From Octopus vulgaris (Eukaryota), in contig OX597823.1 of NCBI GenBank assembly GCA_951406725.2, positions 63,674,001 to 63,738,000 on the forward strand: 64,000 nucleotides of DNA, written 5' to 3'. Below the pieces are notes generated by a model. That model worked only from the letters and a program-made list of their open reading frames with translations, searched no databases and was not told where the DNA came from. Of the stretch, positions 39,340-54,254 are shown piece by piece. The translations under genes were made by a program, and so were the position numbers. Numbering within the stretch: position 1 is the stretch's first letter; every line of letters starts with the position of its first letter.

Positions 39340-41850
39340 TGCCACAAAGCAGAGGAACCATGGTGTAACCCACTATGGTGTGGTAAACTTTCAGACATAC
39401 TATATATACTACTAAAGTGGAACATCCACCGATCCTATTGCCCGACTTGTAGAGGAATGTGAGCGCCTGACGACATTCTAGGTTCTTGGTGCCTAGTCTC
39501 GGTCTATCTTTTACTCAAGCCTGCAACTCCATCAAAAACACGAGTTGCTATTCACGTCCAGGACCACCACCTTACCGCCCGAGTTCAAGAAGATTGTCTG
39601 TACTGGAACCTCTAAAGATTTCCGGAATTGCACAGCTACACTGCCACTTGCTTCTGATAGACCACATAATGAGATTATCTTGTAGTCTTCGAAAACAGAT
39701 ACTAGAGCATGCTTTTCGGAAATTCTTGCTTTGCTAATGGAGGCCACATCTAAATCAAGTGACTTGAGATCGTTAAGCAAGCGACCTTGCTTCCAAACTG
39801 ATCCCAGGCCAAGCACCTTCACACATTCCACTCTCAGCACAGTCATGCTAGTCGGAGAAAGAAGAGGAGGAACTCACTTTGACTTTCAAGGCTAGATGTT
39901 CCGGACGTTTCTATTGGCGAATTGTTTTTAAAAGGCCCTTCCAAAAACTTTATGTCCATTGTCTTTTTAAAAATCCCAACACTAGTGGAGAATTTTGCAC
40001 GGATTGTTTTATAAACGTTTGAGGGCGTTTAAATTAATAACCTGTCCTTCGGGATTTTGAGGATTTCATCCTCAAATTCTTTCCCCTCTGTGTCGATTTT
40101 GCTTTACAAAATCCACCAATTCACTGATGCTTTTATTCACAATAGCGAAATTGACGAATACATTTTGGATACAGTCGGAAGTATTTTGTTGTTTTTGCAG
40201 TTTCATTATTGGCTGTTTATGTGTTTGTGCTTTCTCGTTCTTGTTGTTGTTGGAGTAGTTGTGAATTGGGCTACAACTGTGCTTTTTGTATTTAATTTTG
40301 ATGTGTTCTTGGAGTAGGGCTATGTAGCTTCATCCTCCTTCGACTGCCTCTTTTGTTACAGTGATCCATGGTTCGACCTGCTCTTCTTTCTCCATGTCAT
40401 TGCTGTTGTTGTCGGTTTGGGGAGCAGGGCGTTCTGGAGAAGCCTGCTTTTCTGTGGTACCCGAGAATAAACTCCTTTCATTGTTTTGGTTTGAGTGTAT
40501 TAATGTCCTGAGAACTCCCTCGTAATTTTGTGTTTGCAGTATTGGCAATTTTGCTTTCTTTGTCGGAGGGTAGAAAGCTTTTGAGTCACAAATCCACATG
40601 TGGCATCTTGGCTTTCAACCCTCCTGTAGTACTGACACGTGTGTGCTATCTGGAAGTTCTATTAAGTCAGGTAGTTCGTCAATATAGGTTTGGCTAGATT
40701 GTATGGCCAGTTCCATACCTATACCTGACCAGTTTTGTTGCGGTATTTTCTTTACTTCCAAGATAGTCACCTTTGCCTCCCTCTATACCTGCCAAGACGG
40801 CCGCCACCAACTGAGTGATGGATATTTCTGGTGGTACGTTCATCACCCTAACTTTAGCCAGGCGTTGGCCACGATATCTGGGGATTAAGAAGTTTTTTCC
40901 TCAATGTCGTCGCCGAATGAAATCTGACTTCTTCAGTTGCTATTATCACTTCAATTGTACCAAACTTCTTTCCTGGAGTAATGTGGATCTTGTGTTCCCA
41001 CACGCGCCCAAAGTTTTTTTGATTTTGGGTCTCAGTAGCATTTTCCATCCTGTGCGATTTTACTCTGATGCTGTGCTATGTTACAGTGTACCTCAAAATG
41101 TTTTCGATCACGTCGAGTGGAGGGTTGAGGGCTACTCGTCTCCCATGTCTTTTTACATTTCGCCTGGCCAGTTTTAACTCTTCATCTTTGGAGGAAACTT
41201 TCAGATTTCTTGCAGCAATCGCAAAAGAAATCTCCTTTCCGGTATCTCTTGTCATGGCTGTAGCTACTTTAGCGGCTGCATTGACGTCAAAGGAATAGGC
41301 GGCAGCGTTGATGGTGTTCGCGTATCTTTCAAAATTTTCTTTGCTTTTCGTTTCTTCTTTAGGTTTCATTTCTTTATAATTGGTATTGTTGTTAAGGTTG
41401 TTATTGTTGCTGTCATCGTCATTGTTGCTGTCATCGTCATTGTTGTTCAGTTGCTACTTTAATGAAATGTCAAATGTTTTGACGCTGCTAAGAGACGAAA
41501 ATGTGTTCGCGTCAGAGTTTGCGTTTGCTGGCATGGCGGTGATGTCATTTACTGTAGCCAACACTACGCCAGTATTCTCTCTCTCTTTGCGGACAAAGAA
41601 CACGTCCCTTTATTGAATATTATGATTACTTCGTTCTCCGCCATGTTTCAAAATATTTGGAAAGTAGCAAAATCTTTGATTTTTCCGATAATTGAAGAAA
41701 GTTAAAAAATATTGATGAGCACCCTCCTGCAAAACAGAAATACTATCAGCACTGTCCAGACAATGTTAAAAACAACGCTGTAACAATAAAAACGAAAGAA
41801 CGGGGTCTTATGAATTACGGAGCTTCAAGTTACCATGTCTTCCCAGAATA
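39340..41850 (-). mobile_element. Decayed L1/Tx1-like LINE 5' portion (ORF1 remnants + APE start)
   Basis: ORF 39846-39532 GRLLNDLKSLDLDVASISKARI...GKVVVLDV resembles an APE N-terminus; broken upstream ORFs 41640-40330 on the same strand. Confidence 0.65.
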
Positions 41851-41864
41851 GCATCCATAAAAAT

Positions 41865-42910
41865 AATATTTTCTACTATAGGCACAAGGCCTGAAAATTT
41901 GAGGGAGGGGGCTAATCGATTAAATCAACCCGTGTTTCACAACTACTTAATTTATTGACCCTGAAAGGATGAAAGGCAAATTCAATCCCAGCGGTATTTG
42001 AACTCAAAATATAAAGACGGACAAAATGTCACTAAACATTTCTTTCTGGTAAGCTAACAATTCTGCCAGCTCGCTGTCTTAATATTAATTATAATAGGTG
42101 ATGAGCTGGCAGAATCGTTATCACGCCAGGCGAATGCTAAGCAGTATTTTGTCCTTTTTTATGTCTTGAGTTCAGATTCTACCAAGATCGACTCTGTCTT
42201 TCATCCTTTCGGGGCTAATAAAATAAGGACCAGTTGAACACTGGGGTCGATATAATCAACTTAACCCCTCCCCAGAATTTGCTGGCCTTTGAAACCTATA
42301 AAGGATTCATATTTTGGCATAAGGTCATCATTTTCAGGGACGGAGCTATTTGATTGCATCGACCACAGTGTTTGACTGGTACTTATTTTTATCGACCTCG
42401 AAAGGATGTAAGGCACAGTCAATTTCAGCAGAAATTGAACTCAGAACGTAGCGACGAGCGAAATACCGCTAAGCATTTCGTCCAGTGTGCTAACGATTCT
42501 ACCAGCTCACCGCCTTCAATAATATTAATAATAACAACAATAATGGTCTCTGATTTAGGCACAAGACCAAACATTTTGAGAGGTGATGAGTTGATTGCAT
42601 CAAAATTTGTACTTGACTGGCACTTTATATTATCGACCCTGGAGGTATGAAAGGCAAAGTCGACCTCAGTGCGATTTGGAGTCAGAGCATTTTTTTCTGA
42701 GACTCTAACGATTCTGCCACTTTCCATTCTTAATAATTGTTTCTAACATAGATGTAAAATCTCAGATTTGGGGAGACGGAGTTCGTTGATTATATCGACC
42801 CAGTACTTGAGTGGTACTTTATTGTATCGACCTCAGTGGTACTTTATTTTATCAAACAACAAAATCGACCTAGCCGAAATCTGAACTCAGTAGGTAAAAG
42901 GACAAACCTA
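41865..42910. mobile_element. Cluster of old SINE B copies in both orientations
   Basis: Repeated GAAAGGATGAAAGGCAAA / TTTGAACTCAGAA / CTGCCAGCTC motifs. Confidence 0.75.
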
Positions 42911-45602
42911 AATACTGTAAGGCATGCAATTATTTGGCCCAGTTTCAACCAAATATAAGCATGGTCATTTTTCATATGCTTCTATTTATAATGAGCAGAA
43001 GACGTACAAAACATGTTTAACCAAGTCCAGCGATGCTGTATAGTTGTCAAATATGTGTAACAAATTAAGAAGTCTCTTCTGATAAGCAATGTTAACGTTT
43101 GCTTGTTATTACTTCAAAGAATATCCATTTCTGATTTTCTTTTCCTTTCTACATTCCAATGAAGTGAAGACTGAATCCAGTAGGCTCTTGCAGAAAACCT
43201 CCATGGTTCAATGGCAGGAAAGATGGCTGCAGTAATGCACTGTGGAGTTCAGAGAGTAAGATGAGGCAAGTAAGATGTCTCGGTCCTCCACTGTATCCCT
43301 GGTCATTTTGATCTGGTCTTACAACTGGACCAAAGATTGTCAGAGATAAGAGAGGAGGTTGATGGTATGCAATTATTCATCACTTAAGACAAAGTTACTG
43401 TGCAAATCATTAGTCATCCTTAAGGATGACTAAATGTTCTTGTGACTCTGACAAATGAACACAATATTTCAAAATACTTCTAAATTGTTGGAAAATGTAC
43501 AAAGACCACAACATCTCAATCACCATCTTCCTTATAATTCTGTGACCATAGATTTCTATGGTTAATATTAATCTTTTAGGTAGGTGATGCTTTATCTTTT
43601 AGTCAGTGCCCATGATAACTCATAGGGTCTCCAAGACTAGTGAGAAAGAGGAGGGAGGGAGGATGATACCATTTAACTGGAAACCTGCTGGGAATACTTG
43701 CAACAAAATGGACTCCACTAAAGACATCCAAAATGTCAGGTGATGATGTCAATCAAGAAAATGGATTAAGTCATTGTAAAATCTGAACTCAGAATGTAGA
43801 GAACTTGAACAAATATCATAAATACCATAAGGCATTTTGTCCAACATTCTTACAGTTCCTGCTCATTCACTGTCCTGGGTTTACACTTTTGTATCAGGTC
43901 TTAGAGGATGACAATCAAAGTTGACCTTGATGGCACTGGAACTCAGAATAAATACAATCAGGTAACTTATTGTTGTGTGGATGCCCCCAGATGATGAAGT
44001 AGGCTAGCCCGATATGTAAATATAGAGGGAGAAATCTAGACATCGGGAGTTGAGTGAAGTTGAGTAGAGGTCATCCGAACGTGCGACATAACACTTATCT
44101 AATGCTCTAACATCTCTACCAATTCATCACTAGTGGTTGTTGTACTCTGACTACTTGCAATTGTCACCACCTTTTTGTGTAGTTAATAGCTGGTTCCTGC
44201 TTCCACCTTTTATGTTTTTATCTGCTGCACTATCTTTCTTTAATTTTAGACATGAAGTAATTTGACCAAATAATAAGGAAATACCAGGTACAAAATGAGA
44301 CAGAGTGATGGGGGAGCGTGACTTCCTTGCACTTCATTTCTACTGGTGGGAGTAAGGGATCCTCAAACTAGTGACCTGAGAGGGAACTTCATTAAAGGCA
44401 CCCAAGGTCAGAGCATCCATGGTTTCTTCCTAGCAATGTTGTGTGATCAATAAAGTGTAGATCAGTCAGTGTCACACCAAATCAATGATCCTGCAGCATG
44501 GTGCAGCTGTAAAGCCCAGCTCCTTATGGCCTCAAACTACTTACTGGTTTCCAGAACAGTGATGAAGGGCTCTAATGTTCAAATTTGTAGGACTCCAGCC
44601 CACAGCTCAACAACTTCAGTTTCACCATTCATTGCAATCATCTGTACAGTGGTGTTTTGTAAATATGACCACAATTGCCAAAAATATAAACACTTAAAAG
44701 AAATAAAAAACAATCTCAAAGATGCCCAAATCTGAGGCTTCTGATCTAATGATGAAAATATGAAAAAAGAAATTAGTTTACTGATTTACTACATAAACAC
44801 AAGGTCAGTTATTTTGTTGTTGTTGTTGTTGTTTAGTCTCCAAGTCAAGAGCTTATTAAACAATTCAATGATCAAAGCATTCATACCATGACCATCCCAA
44901 CTTATTTTCAGGGATAATAAACCCCAGAAAAACTTCTCTAGTGTGTCCTTTTTCTAAGATTGTAGGGTTTGGCTTCGTGAAGAATTAGCCACTTTTTTTT
45001 AGCAGGTCAAATAACTACACAGAGGATCCCTCCATTAGCTCATCACAAGGTAAGTATTTGTTATAAGCTTTTTGGTATCTATTATTCCCACAGCTAGCTA
45101 AAACAACAACCAAAACAACCAAACCATGATGAGGTGTTATGAACTTTAAGGGCTAAGATTTTTAACATTTATTAAAAACACCAACTTGAAACTGAAAAGA
45201 AGATTAGGCCCTCCATCACAACTCAAGTGACCAAGTTACTAATTAGTAAAATCTCTGTGGAATTAATAACTCAGCTATCCAGTAAGCAAATGACAACAGA
45301 AATCAAGGTCTACCAAAGAGCCAGTTTTCCTTTTCTGTCTCAAATTAGTATTTATAACAATTAAATTAGTATTTATAACAATCAAGAGTACATTTTCCTA
45401 AGACAAAATGAAAACAGTAGAGTTTAGTCCAGTACATTATTCATACAACCTTTTCATATTTTAATGGTGGATAATAAAGAAAACATGATAACCACCCCCA
45501 ATAAACAAATATATGTGTATGTGTGTGTGGATACATTTTTATATATATGTATACATATATATATGTATACATATATATATGTATAGACATACGCACACAC
45601 AT

Positions 45603-45645
<43 letters not shown>

Positions 45646-45675
45646 TATATATATGCATACATATATATGTTACAG

Positions 45676-45710
<35 letters not shown>

Positions 45711-45816
45711 CGTATAGTGTACATCATTCAAAGAGAGGATGTCTATTTAGAATGTGTAATTAATGTTTGTTCTTGGAATGTTGTTTGTTTTGTTTTCCTC
45801 CCGGGCCCTTTTCTTG

Positions 45817-45935
45817 CTATTCTGGTAATAAATCTTCGATTTCTTCATCAGCAAATTCATCCTCAACTTCCCGTCGTCGTGCCGCTGTCTTTGGTCGTTC
45901 TGCCTGTGGTCCGAGTGGATCTGAGTACGTGGCAT
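45817..45935 (-). CDS. IFT88: Intraflagellar transport protein 88, terminal coding exon
   Basis: TTTTTCCAG acceptor, phase 1; (D)ATYSDPLGPQAERPKTAARRREVEDEFADEEIEDLLPE* matches the IFT88 C-terminus as I recall it (DASYVDPLGPQIERPKTAAKKR...DFADEELGDDLLPE). Confidence 0.95.
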
Positions 45936-46076
45936 CTGGAAAAATAATAGTAGCAAACATTATGCTATATCATAAAATACAAATTTGGGGGAATACCAAC
46001 ATGGATGCCAAATGTTGACAATGATGATGGTGATGATGATACACATACACACACATATAGTTTGTCTCTGCATGCA

Positions 46077-46126
<50 letters not shown>

Positions 46127-46225
46127 AGCTTAAAAGCCACCCGATAGGTCTCTTCATTGGGCCATGGGCCCAACAATGACATTTCATGCATTCAGTACAT
46201 ATTAAATTTTATTAAACTTGAACAA

Positions 46226-46391
46226 CAGGTGAAGGAGCGGCTGTGTGGTAAGTAGCTTGCCTACCAACCACATGGTTCCGGGTTCAGTCCCACTGCATGG
46301 CACCTTGGGCAAGTGTCTTCTACTATAGCCTCGGGTCGACCAAAGCCTTGTGATGGATTTGGTAGATAGAAACTGAAAGAAGCCTGTCGTA

Positions 46392-46447
<56 letters not shown>

Positions 46448-46660
46448 CGTGTATATGTTTGTGTGTCTGTGTCCCCCACCCCCAACATCGCTTTTCAACC
46501 AATGCTGGTGTGTTTACGTCACCGTAACTTAGTGTTTCAGCAAAAGCGACTGATAGAATAAGTACTAGGCTTACAAAGAATAAGCCCTGGCGTCGATTTG
46601 CTCAACTAAAGGCGGTGCTCCAGCATGACCACAGTCAAATGACTGAAACAAGTAAAAGAG
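46226..46660 (+). mobile_element. SINE family A copy
   Basis: Full head, core, microsatellite and tail. Confidence 0.88.
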
Positions 46661-46714
46661 TAATATTTTTCAAGCAATGAACAATTTTCATCAAAACAAT
46701 GATATAATTTGTCG

Positions 46715-46805
46715 ACTTGGAATGTCTTCCCATTCGGTGTCAGTACAAATAGCTTGTTTCCATTCCCTACCTTTGAATAACCAACATACAGCTGGTCGTA
46801 GGCAA
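46715..46805 (-). pseudogene. Helitron PIF1-helicase C-terminal fragment
   Basis: AYDQLYVGYSKVGNGNKLFVLTPNGKT resembles the Helitron helicase motif VI region HGQLYVACSRV...L.VLAP.GKT. Confidence 0.6.
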
Positions 46806-47537
46806 CAATAAACTTGCCTTTTAAAAGTTCAACAATAATTCTTCTGCCGCCACTTAATTTAAAGATGATCTGATGTATGTACAACAATTATTTGCAGTAG
46901 CTGATACGTGTCTAAACTCCTGGTCATTACACCACTGTTGCTAAACAATATTTTAAAGTGATTTTTATGATTTGGAATTGCTCTAAGCATATTTGACCTT
47001 TAAAATGTTTGAGATTTAACATTTTTTTGTATTTTTTTAGGTAATAATAAAATTAGTCAAATCTATTTTCATGCAGTTGGAGTGTGCTAAATCTCCATAG
47101 CTCCAATGGCACAGAAACAGGTCCGGCAAATTTTATTAATATCTGAAAAAATACTAAGTTACCAACATATTTATAGTAGAGAGTTATGAGAAGTAATATT
47201 TTATGAGAGAATGAGTTCAATACGCATTTCAGTTCCAAACATTATGAAGCACGTGTTGTGGTTAAATTGCTTGATACAGTTATAATATTTAGAGAAAGAT
47301 TTTCTCAAAATGCTTATTTTGGAAATTACTTTTAGAAATAGTTATAATATTTAGGGAGCTATTTTTTTCAAAATATTAGGATTAAGAAAAAAATCCCCAA
47401 ATGAAGAAAAATGAAGAATCATTGAATAGTGACAGAAGGGTAAAGCATGAGGAATAGTAGATGTGTCATTGAATAGTGAGACAGGGGGTCGAAGAAGTAA
47501 AGTTGAAAATGTGTAACACACTGACATTCGCTTTCAC

Positions 47538-47585
<48 letters not shown>

Positions 47586-48098
47586 CACACACACACATAT
47601 ACATACATACATATACACAAATGGATACATACATTTGAGTATGGATGTATACATGTATATTGAACCACTTCCAAAGTAAAGTTACTCAACTGATAAACAT
47701 TCAATCACAAAAAGACACTTGATCCCTCAAATGAGCTGTCCCCTCTCTCTGTCTTTTCTACTGCTACTATAACAACCTCTGCTCCTTGGAGCTAGCTGGA
47801 TTTATGCCTCTACAACTCAAGTCCTGCATTAACCACTATGTCTATCAGTATGTCCAACCCTTCTGCACAGAACATCATCCCACTGGAATCTTCATCTTCT
47901 AGCACATCTCTTTCCTGCAGGTGTTGACTGGCAACTTTGTAATGTATGCAGTGATCCTTGCACCAGATCAACAAGGAAAGTACATGCATGCATACATACA
48001 TACATACATACATACATACATACATAAACACACACACACACACACACATACATACATACATACATACATATATACATGCATACATACGTACATACATA

Positions 48099-48867
48099 AG
48101 AGGTGGTATCAAAAAGTTCCTGGACTAGTTCTGTAGTGCACCAACAGATGGCAATACATGGTTGTGCGCACAGTGAGAGCTAGCAGTGACCTTCATGAGG
48201 CAGTGTGCTGAGCGACATTGCTGTGTTTACTTCACAAGTTGTGAAATTTGTGTTTATGTGATCACGTGTATGTTGTAGGCTGCGATTTTGTCATGGACAG
48301 GAAGCTGCTTCAGAAACATTGAGCATGCTTTGGCAAGCTTGCAGTGACAAAACAATGGGAAGATGATGAACTATCTGGAAGACCTGCCATGAGCATCATC
48401 CATGGTAATAAGGTATTGTGCATTGAGAATTCAACCCCCAGGGCCAAACCCTCAATTGAGAGTACTACTTTGATGTTTTGAAGTGTTTCAGGGTAGACAT
48501 TCGACGAAAGAGGTTGGATCTGTAGAGCACGAAGAATTGGATTCTTCACTGAGCTCTCCTCACTTGTGAGTTTCTCACCAAAAACATGATATCACTTCCA
48601 CACCCATCCTATTTACCAGATTTAGCACCACCTACAGAATTCCATCTCTTCCCCAAGATAAAAATGCAGCTCAAAGGTCACTAATTTAACAATGTTGTTG
48701 AAATCCAGACCAAATCACAGAAAGTCCTTGACTCGCTTACAGAAAATGATTCCAAAAATGGCAGGAACACTGGGACCAGTGTATTGCTGTACAAGGTAAC
48801 TATTTTGAAGGAGATGGTGTTAAAACTCAGGTAAATAAGACAGATACCACCTTTTGATACCACCCCG
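48099..48867 (+). mobile_element. Decayed, internally deleted mariner
   Basis: TA-flanked TIRs AGAGGTGGTATCAAAAAG / CTTTTGATACCACCCCG; HPSYLPDLAP...FHLFPKIKMQLKG motif. Confidence 0.8.
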
Positions 48868-49723
48868 TACATACATACTTTCACACATAATTGCAGGTGC
48901 AGACAGACACAAAGGAGGTAAAAATGGGTAGTGCAGAACTTGTTTGTGGGGCAACAATGAAAAAAAAAAAAATGCAATAAATAAATAAATAAATAAATAA
49001 ACAGCCTCTGTCATCATCTTAAACAGGTTCATTACAATCCAAGCACTTTTACTGCCATCACCCATCATCAGCAACCCTCCCCCACCACCACCACCACCAC
49101 AATCACCACAACCAGAATTACCACCATCACATCATCACCTCCACCGATCACCATCATCATAATCCAAGCACTTGCATAATCACCATCACAATTGCAATAT
49201 CAATGCCAACATCATCATCCCCACCACCAACTTCACCAGTACCCTCATCTCATCATTATACACACACACAGCTGACAAAAGAGTACAAAAATAAATAAAT
49301 AAATGGATAAATAAATACAATACAAATAGCGTTACAAGAAATATGTGGGAACGAGATAATCCCTCATCTTTGCTAATCCTGTGAGTTATTTCCTGTATTG
49401 ATGTCACCTCTAAGTAATAGATAGCCTGCAGTCATGTAAATGAGGACAGTGAGAAAGCAAATAAGATGGGACACAGTTTATGTAGAGGAATGCCAATATT
49501 CATGTGTGTACTTGTGTGTGCATGTGTGTGCATGATTGTATATGTATACATACAAATATATATAGATATATAGACAGATAATACATTTAAATATTTGTTG
49601 TGCAAGATTTTTTTATGTGAAGTCGTGTGTTGAAACAGATATTGTTATATTTCGGAATGGTCATATTGCCAGTTTAGCCAATAAAAACACACACACTATA
49701 TATTTGGTGTTATTTTGCTTCAG

Positions 49724-50064
49724 AAGGCACGTGGCTCAGTGGTTAGAGTGTCGAGCTTATGATTGTGAGGTTGTGAGCTCGAATCCCGGACCGGGCTGCG
49801 TGTTGTGTTCTTGAGCAAGACACTTTATTTCACGTTGCTCCAGTTCACTCAGCTGTAGAAATGAGTTGCGATGTCACAGGTGCCAGGCTGTATCGGACCC
49901 TTTGCCTTTCCCTTGGATAACACTGGTGGCATGGAGAGGGGAGGCCGGTATGCATGGGCGACTACTGGTCTTCCATAAAACAACCTTGCCCAGACTTGTG
50001 CCTCAGAGTGTAACTCTCTAGGTGCAAACCCATGGTCAGTGTCTGACCGAAGGGGGTCACCACC
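49724..50064 (+). mobile_element. tRNA-derived SINE with 12-bp TSD
   Basis: A box GTGGCTCAGTGG, B box GCTCGAATCC; TSD ATTTTGCTTCAG at 49712-23 and 50065-76. Confidence 0.88.
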
Positions 50065-50896
50065 ATTTTGCTTCAGTGTTATTTATTTTTTATTTTTTAC
50101 ATTAATCTTAATCTTATTTCGGCCAGAGTTCTTTCGTCACACTCCTGTGACCACATCAGTGGTCCTTTGTTTTCTTCTTTCTTATTTGTGTCTCTCCTTA
50201 CTAACCGTCAGCCATTTTGTATTTCTATTGCATGTCTTCATTTGCGCATGCTTATATCTCTAGGTGCGTCTATGTTTATTTAGTGTGTGTATGTGGGGGG
50301 ATGCCTGTAATATTTGTATCTTCTGTTTATATATGTTCATGTAATTTGTATTTTGTTTTTGTTGTTTTTGTTTATTCTTTATTCTTATTTTGTTCATGTG
50401 TTTACATCCACTTATTATTATCATTACATATGCTTGTATGTATGTATGTAGACAGATAAATTATACATATATGTACATACACATATATGACATATATTTA
50501 TATAGGTATACATAAACTGTTTATCTATGATCTAAGCTTTGGTATATATTATGAACATATTCATAACCATCATCATCATCACCATTATTTAACGTCCTTT
50601 GTCCATGCTGGCATGGGTTGGATCGTTGATAGCATGCACACACATATGTATGTTGATATATATATATATATATATATATGTCACCCTCACTAAAGATGGT
50701 ATTATGAAAAAAGCCCCCAGTACATGTTTTAAGTAGTTAGCCCTGAGATGAGCATCCAGCTATAGAAACCATGACATAGGAGATACAGGAGTACGACATT
50801 GTCTTTGAACCCAAGAGATCCTGTCAAGACATCTAACCCATGCTAGCATGAGACATTAAGAAATGATGATGATGAGGATGATATCTATCGATATAT

Positions 50897-50945
<49 letters not shown>

Positions 50946-51164
50946 ATAACAAAGGCAGCTATATGCAACATAAAACCCAAAAAGGAAAAATTTTATTCTA
51001 ATTGCGACTGACAATGCAGGGTAGCACCTACATTGCTAGAAATAGGAGCTAAAAGCCCTTATGGCCACAGAAAGCACAAGTCTATGCACTAACAGGGGAG
51101 ATAACAACCCCACAGCGAGCAAGATCACCACACTAGTCTAGTTTTGCTTCATATATAAATATAT

Positions 51165-51383
51165 CTTTTATCTTCTAGTTGTTTCAGCCAATTGATTGTG
51201 GCCATGGTGGGACACTGCCCTGAAGAGGTTGAACTGATTGACTCCTAGAACTATTTTTATTTAAAACCTGGTACTTATTCTTTTGGTCACTTTTGCTGAA
51301 CTGCTAAGCTATTGGGATGTAAACACATTATACTGATTATCAAGAGGTGGTTGAGGAACAAATAGACACAAAGACACACAAGC

Positions 51384-51414
<31 letters not shown>

Positions 51415-51562
51415 GCCTCTTTCAGCTTCCATCTACCAATTACACTCACAAGGCTTTGGTTGGCCCAAGGCTATAATAGAAGACACTTGTCCAAGTTGCC
51501 AAGCAGTAGGACAGAACTTGTGACCATGTGAATGGGAAGCAAGTTTCTTAGCACACAGCCAC
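51165..51562 (-). mobile_element. Old SINE family A copy
   Basis: Diverged match to the family A sequence. Confidence 0.75.
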
Positions 51563-52403
51563 ACACACACACGCACACAAACACATCTATACATGCACAC
51601 ACTCATATATACATTATTTAAACTGAATTCCTTACTAGTAAGTCAGGTAGGAGCTTTGGTGTTCTTTTAGATTGTTTTCACTGGGAGACTTCGGTCAAAG
51701 GCTGTTTATTTCAATGGCTAGATTCTAATGTTACATAAGTATGTCAGATTTTTTTTGCTTAGTTAGGAAGGAACATTGTTTTTTAGGACTTTCAGAATTT
51801 TGCTGGGAGCCTATATCTTATTTTTTTAAAAATACTTATGTATATTTATCAGAAATGGCCATTTGCTGTTTTAGGAATTCTTCTCTTTTGTTCTTTGGGC
51901 ATATTTCTTGTTTAATAAATTCCTTTGTTTGCAGGAAATCAAATGATATAAGTTACTGGTGCATGACCCATTGTTTAAAGCCAAATCAAAATACATATTA
52001 ATTTTTAACTGTTATTATTTCTACAGACAGCATAATAAACAATAAGTGACAGACAGGAAGTTTTGATAATCAAACAATGTCTATGCATACGATATTTTTA
52101 GTGAATTTAACATTTTCATAATTGTAATACTTGTGTGAGATGCTCTTTGAACACCTTTCTTGATGACAAACTGTTCAGTAATAAAACTGATTTTAAATTG
52201 GCTGTACAAAAATTATCATTTAAGTGGCTGCTGAAAGGAGGGAACGGAGGAATGGAGGAAACTGAAGTAGACAGTGCCAGTGAGTCATCCAGGTTACATA
52301 CTTACCAACAAATAGTTGAAGGAAGCACGAGAGATTTGGGGAGGGGGAGGTGCAAACCAAACAAGAAGTTGTGTCACAGACAGGCAGACTTCACAAAAAT
52401 TAT

Positions 52404-52625
52404 AATAATCCTTTCTACTAAAGGCACAAGGCCTGAAATTTGTGGGGTGAGGTACTAGTCAATTACATTGACCCCCAGTGTTTCATTTGCACTTAATTTA
52501 TCAACCCTGAAAAGATGAAAGGCAAAGTTGACCTCAGTGGAATTTGAGTTCAGAACGTGAAGACGGACGAAATGCCACTAGACATTTTGCCCGGCGTACT
52601 AACAATTCTGCCAGCTCGCCGCCTT
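52404..52625 (-). mobile_element. SINE family B copy with alternative 3' tail
   Basis: Family B head and core, but tail GGCCTTGTGCCTTTAGTAGAAAGGATTATTAT. Confidence 0.8.
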
Positions 52626-53871
52626 TTATATTAATGATTTCAATTTTTGGTTCCTTCAAAATATTTTCCACTTCCCTCTTTTAAATTTGCTGCATTCTAG
52701 ATGTTAATTATCATTTTAAGCTGTTTACTCTAAGCTTGTCTTATTTCTCTCGTTTCATTGGTCATGCATCCTGTTAGGGTCGTTAAGAAGTACTTTAGTG
52801 AGTAAGAATATAATTTCCTATATGTAAACGTGTATATGCATATGATATTTTACAAATATAGTTTGAACTGACTATTCAGAGTTCAAGTCATCAAAGTGTT
52901 TGCTGCATGCATATGTATGTACAAAACAGACAGAAGAGCTTGGGGCAATCAAATCATCAAACCCATGCCAGTAGGAAAGACAGACATTAAATGATGATGA
53001 TGATGATATACTTGTGCGTGTTATGTTCCTAGTAGTCTCTAGTGATACATCTACAATGCTTGTAATCTACCCTTAATTTTTTATGTGGGTGGGGTGAATA
53101 GGTGATTCTACAGTTCTGCTGGGATTGCTACCCTTGTGTTTTCCCTGCTCGTACTGTTATTGCTACATAATTCGTTGTTACCATATGCAATTTAGACCAA
53201 TTTTGAGGGTAAATTTCGATGTCTGCAACGTAATATGATCTTTTATCTTCTCATTAGCAAAGGTGTGCATTGTTTTATTACATTGCTTTTTTTTTTCAGT
53301 GCAAAGGGGAAGATCCTGGAATAATTTCTATAAAGGGGTGGGTTACACAATTCCTTTTTATGTTTGTTTTTATGTTATTTTCCATGAAGTCTCTGTTATG
53401 TTATAGATTATACTAAGAAAATTTTCTTGTGTCTTTTGATGGATTCCAGGAAAAGAGATGCATGACTTTTTCCATTACATGATGAAGTAAAAATATTCTA
53501 ATAACAAAATAAAATAAACAAAAAAAAATTAATAAAGTAAAAGATATATTAACAAAACAAAAGAAAAAGAAAACAGATTTATCACACAACTCCCCACCTC
53601 ACCAGTGTATTGGCATTTTCTTACAATAAGTTTAAAATGCTGATCTCCACCTGCAGGTGACAACAGGTAGACATTGACATTATTTTATATAGCATACCTA
53701 ACAATAAACATAGATTAAGAAATAATGCTAAACAACAAGAAGGGGGAGGAAAAAGAAGAAAAAATAGCAAAGTATTTATTTTCTATTGTGTTCTCCTCAG
53801 CTTCTAAAGATTTGAGCCTTATCACCTGCAAGGTTGAAATGCTAGGTCCCTGACCATGTATATATATATAT

Positions 53872-54081
53872 AAATTATAACTTAGGATATCTACGAGATA
53901 CCGCCATGCTGAAAATAGCAGCCAGGATCTGACTCTAAAACCACCTAATTTTTTACTAGTTTTATTTTGTCTTTTTGTCTTCTCTCCTTGTGCTATATGA
54001 ACATTAAGGTGGTTTTAGAGTCAGATCCTGGCTGCTATTTTCAGCATGGCAGTATCTCGTAGATACCCTAAGTTATAATTT
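53872..54081. repeat. Palindrome with ~75 bp arms next to (TA)n, in the IFT88 intron
   Basis: AAATTATAACTTAGGATATCTACGAGATAC...AAAACCACCT / AGGTGGTTTT...GTATCTCGTAGATACCCTAAGTTATAATTT. Confidence 0.9.
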
Positions 54082-54167
54082 TAATAATAATTATTACCTT
54101 TGAAGGTTTTTATTTCCATGCTGGCCACTTGATAAGATTGTTATTTAATTTAAATTAATGATCTCAT

Positions 54168-54239
<72 letters not shown>

Positions 54240-54254
54240 GCATAGTTTTAGCTT

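Noticed and set aside
49337-49426. Possible extra IFT88 exon (AIYYLEVTSIQEITHRISKDEGLSRSHIFL)
   Set aside because: Phase 0 does not fit the phase-1 intron, and the flanking exons already join into the conserved KEIDA sequence.
49590-49655. Possible decayed hammerhead (AAATAT...GAAACAGATATTGTTATATTT)
   Set aside because: The CUGANGA core is absent; AT-rich pairing could be chance.
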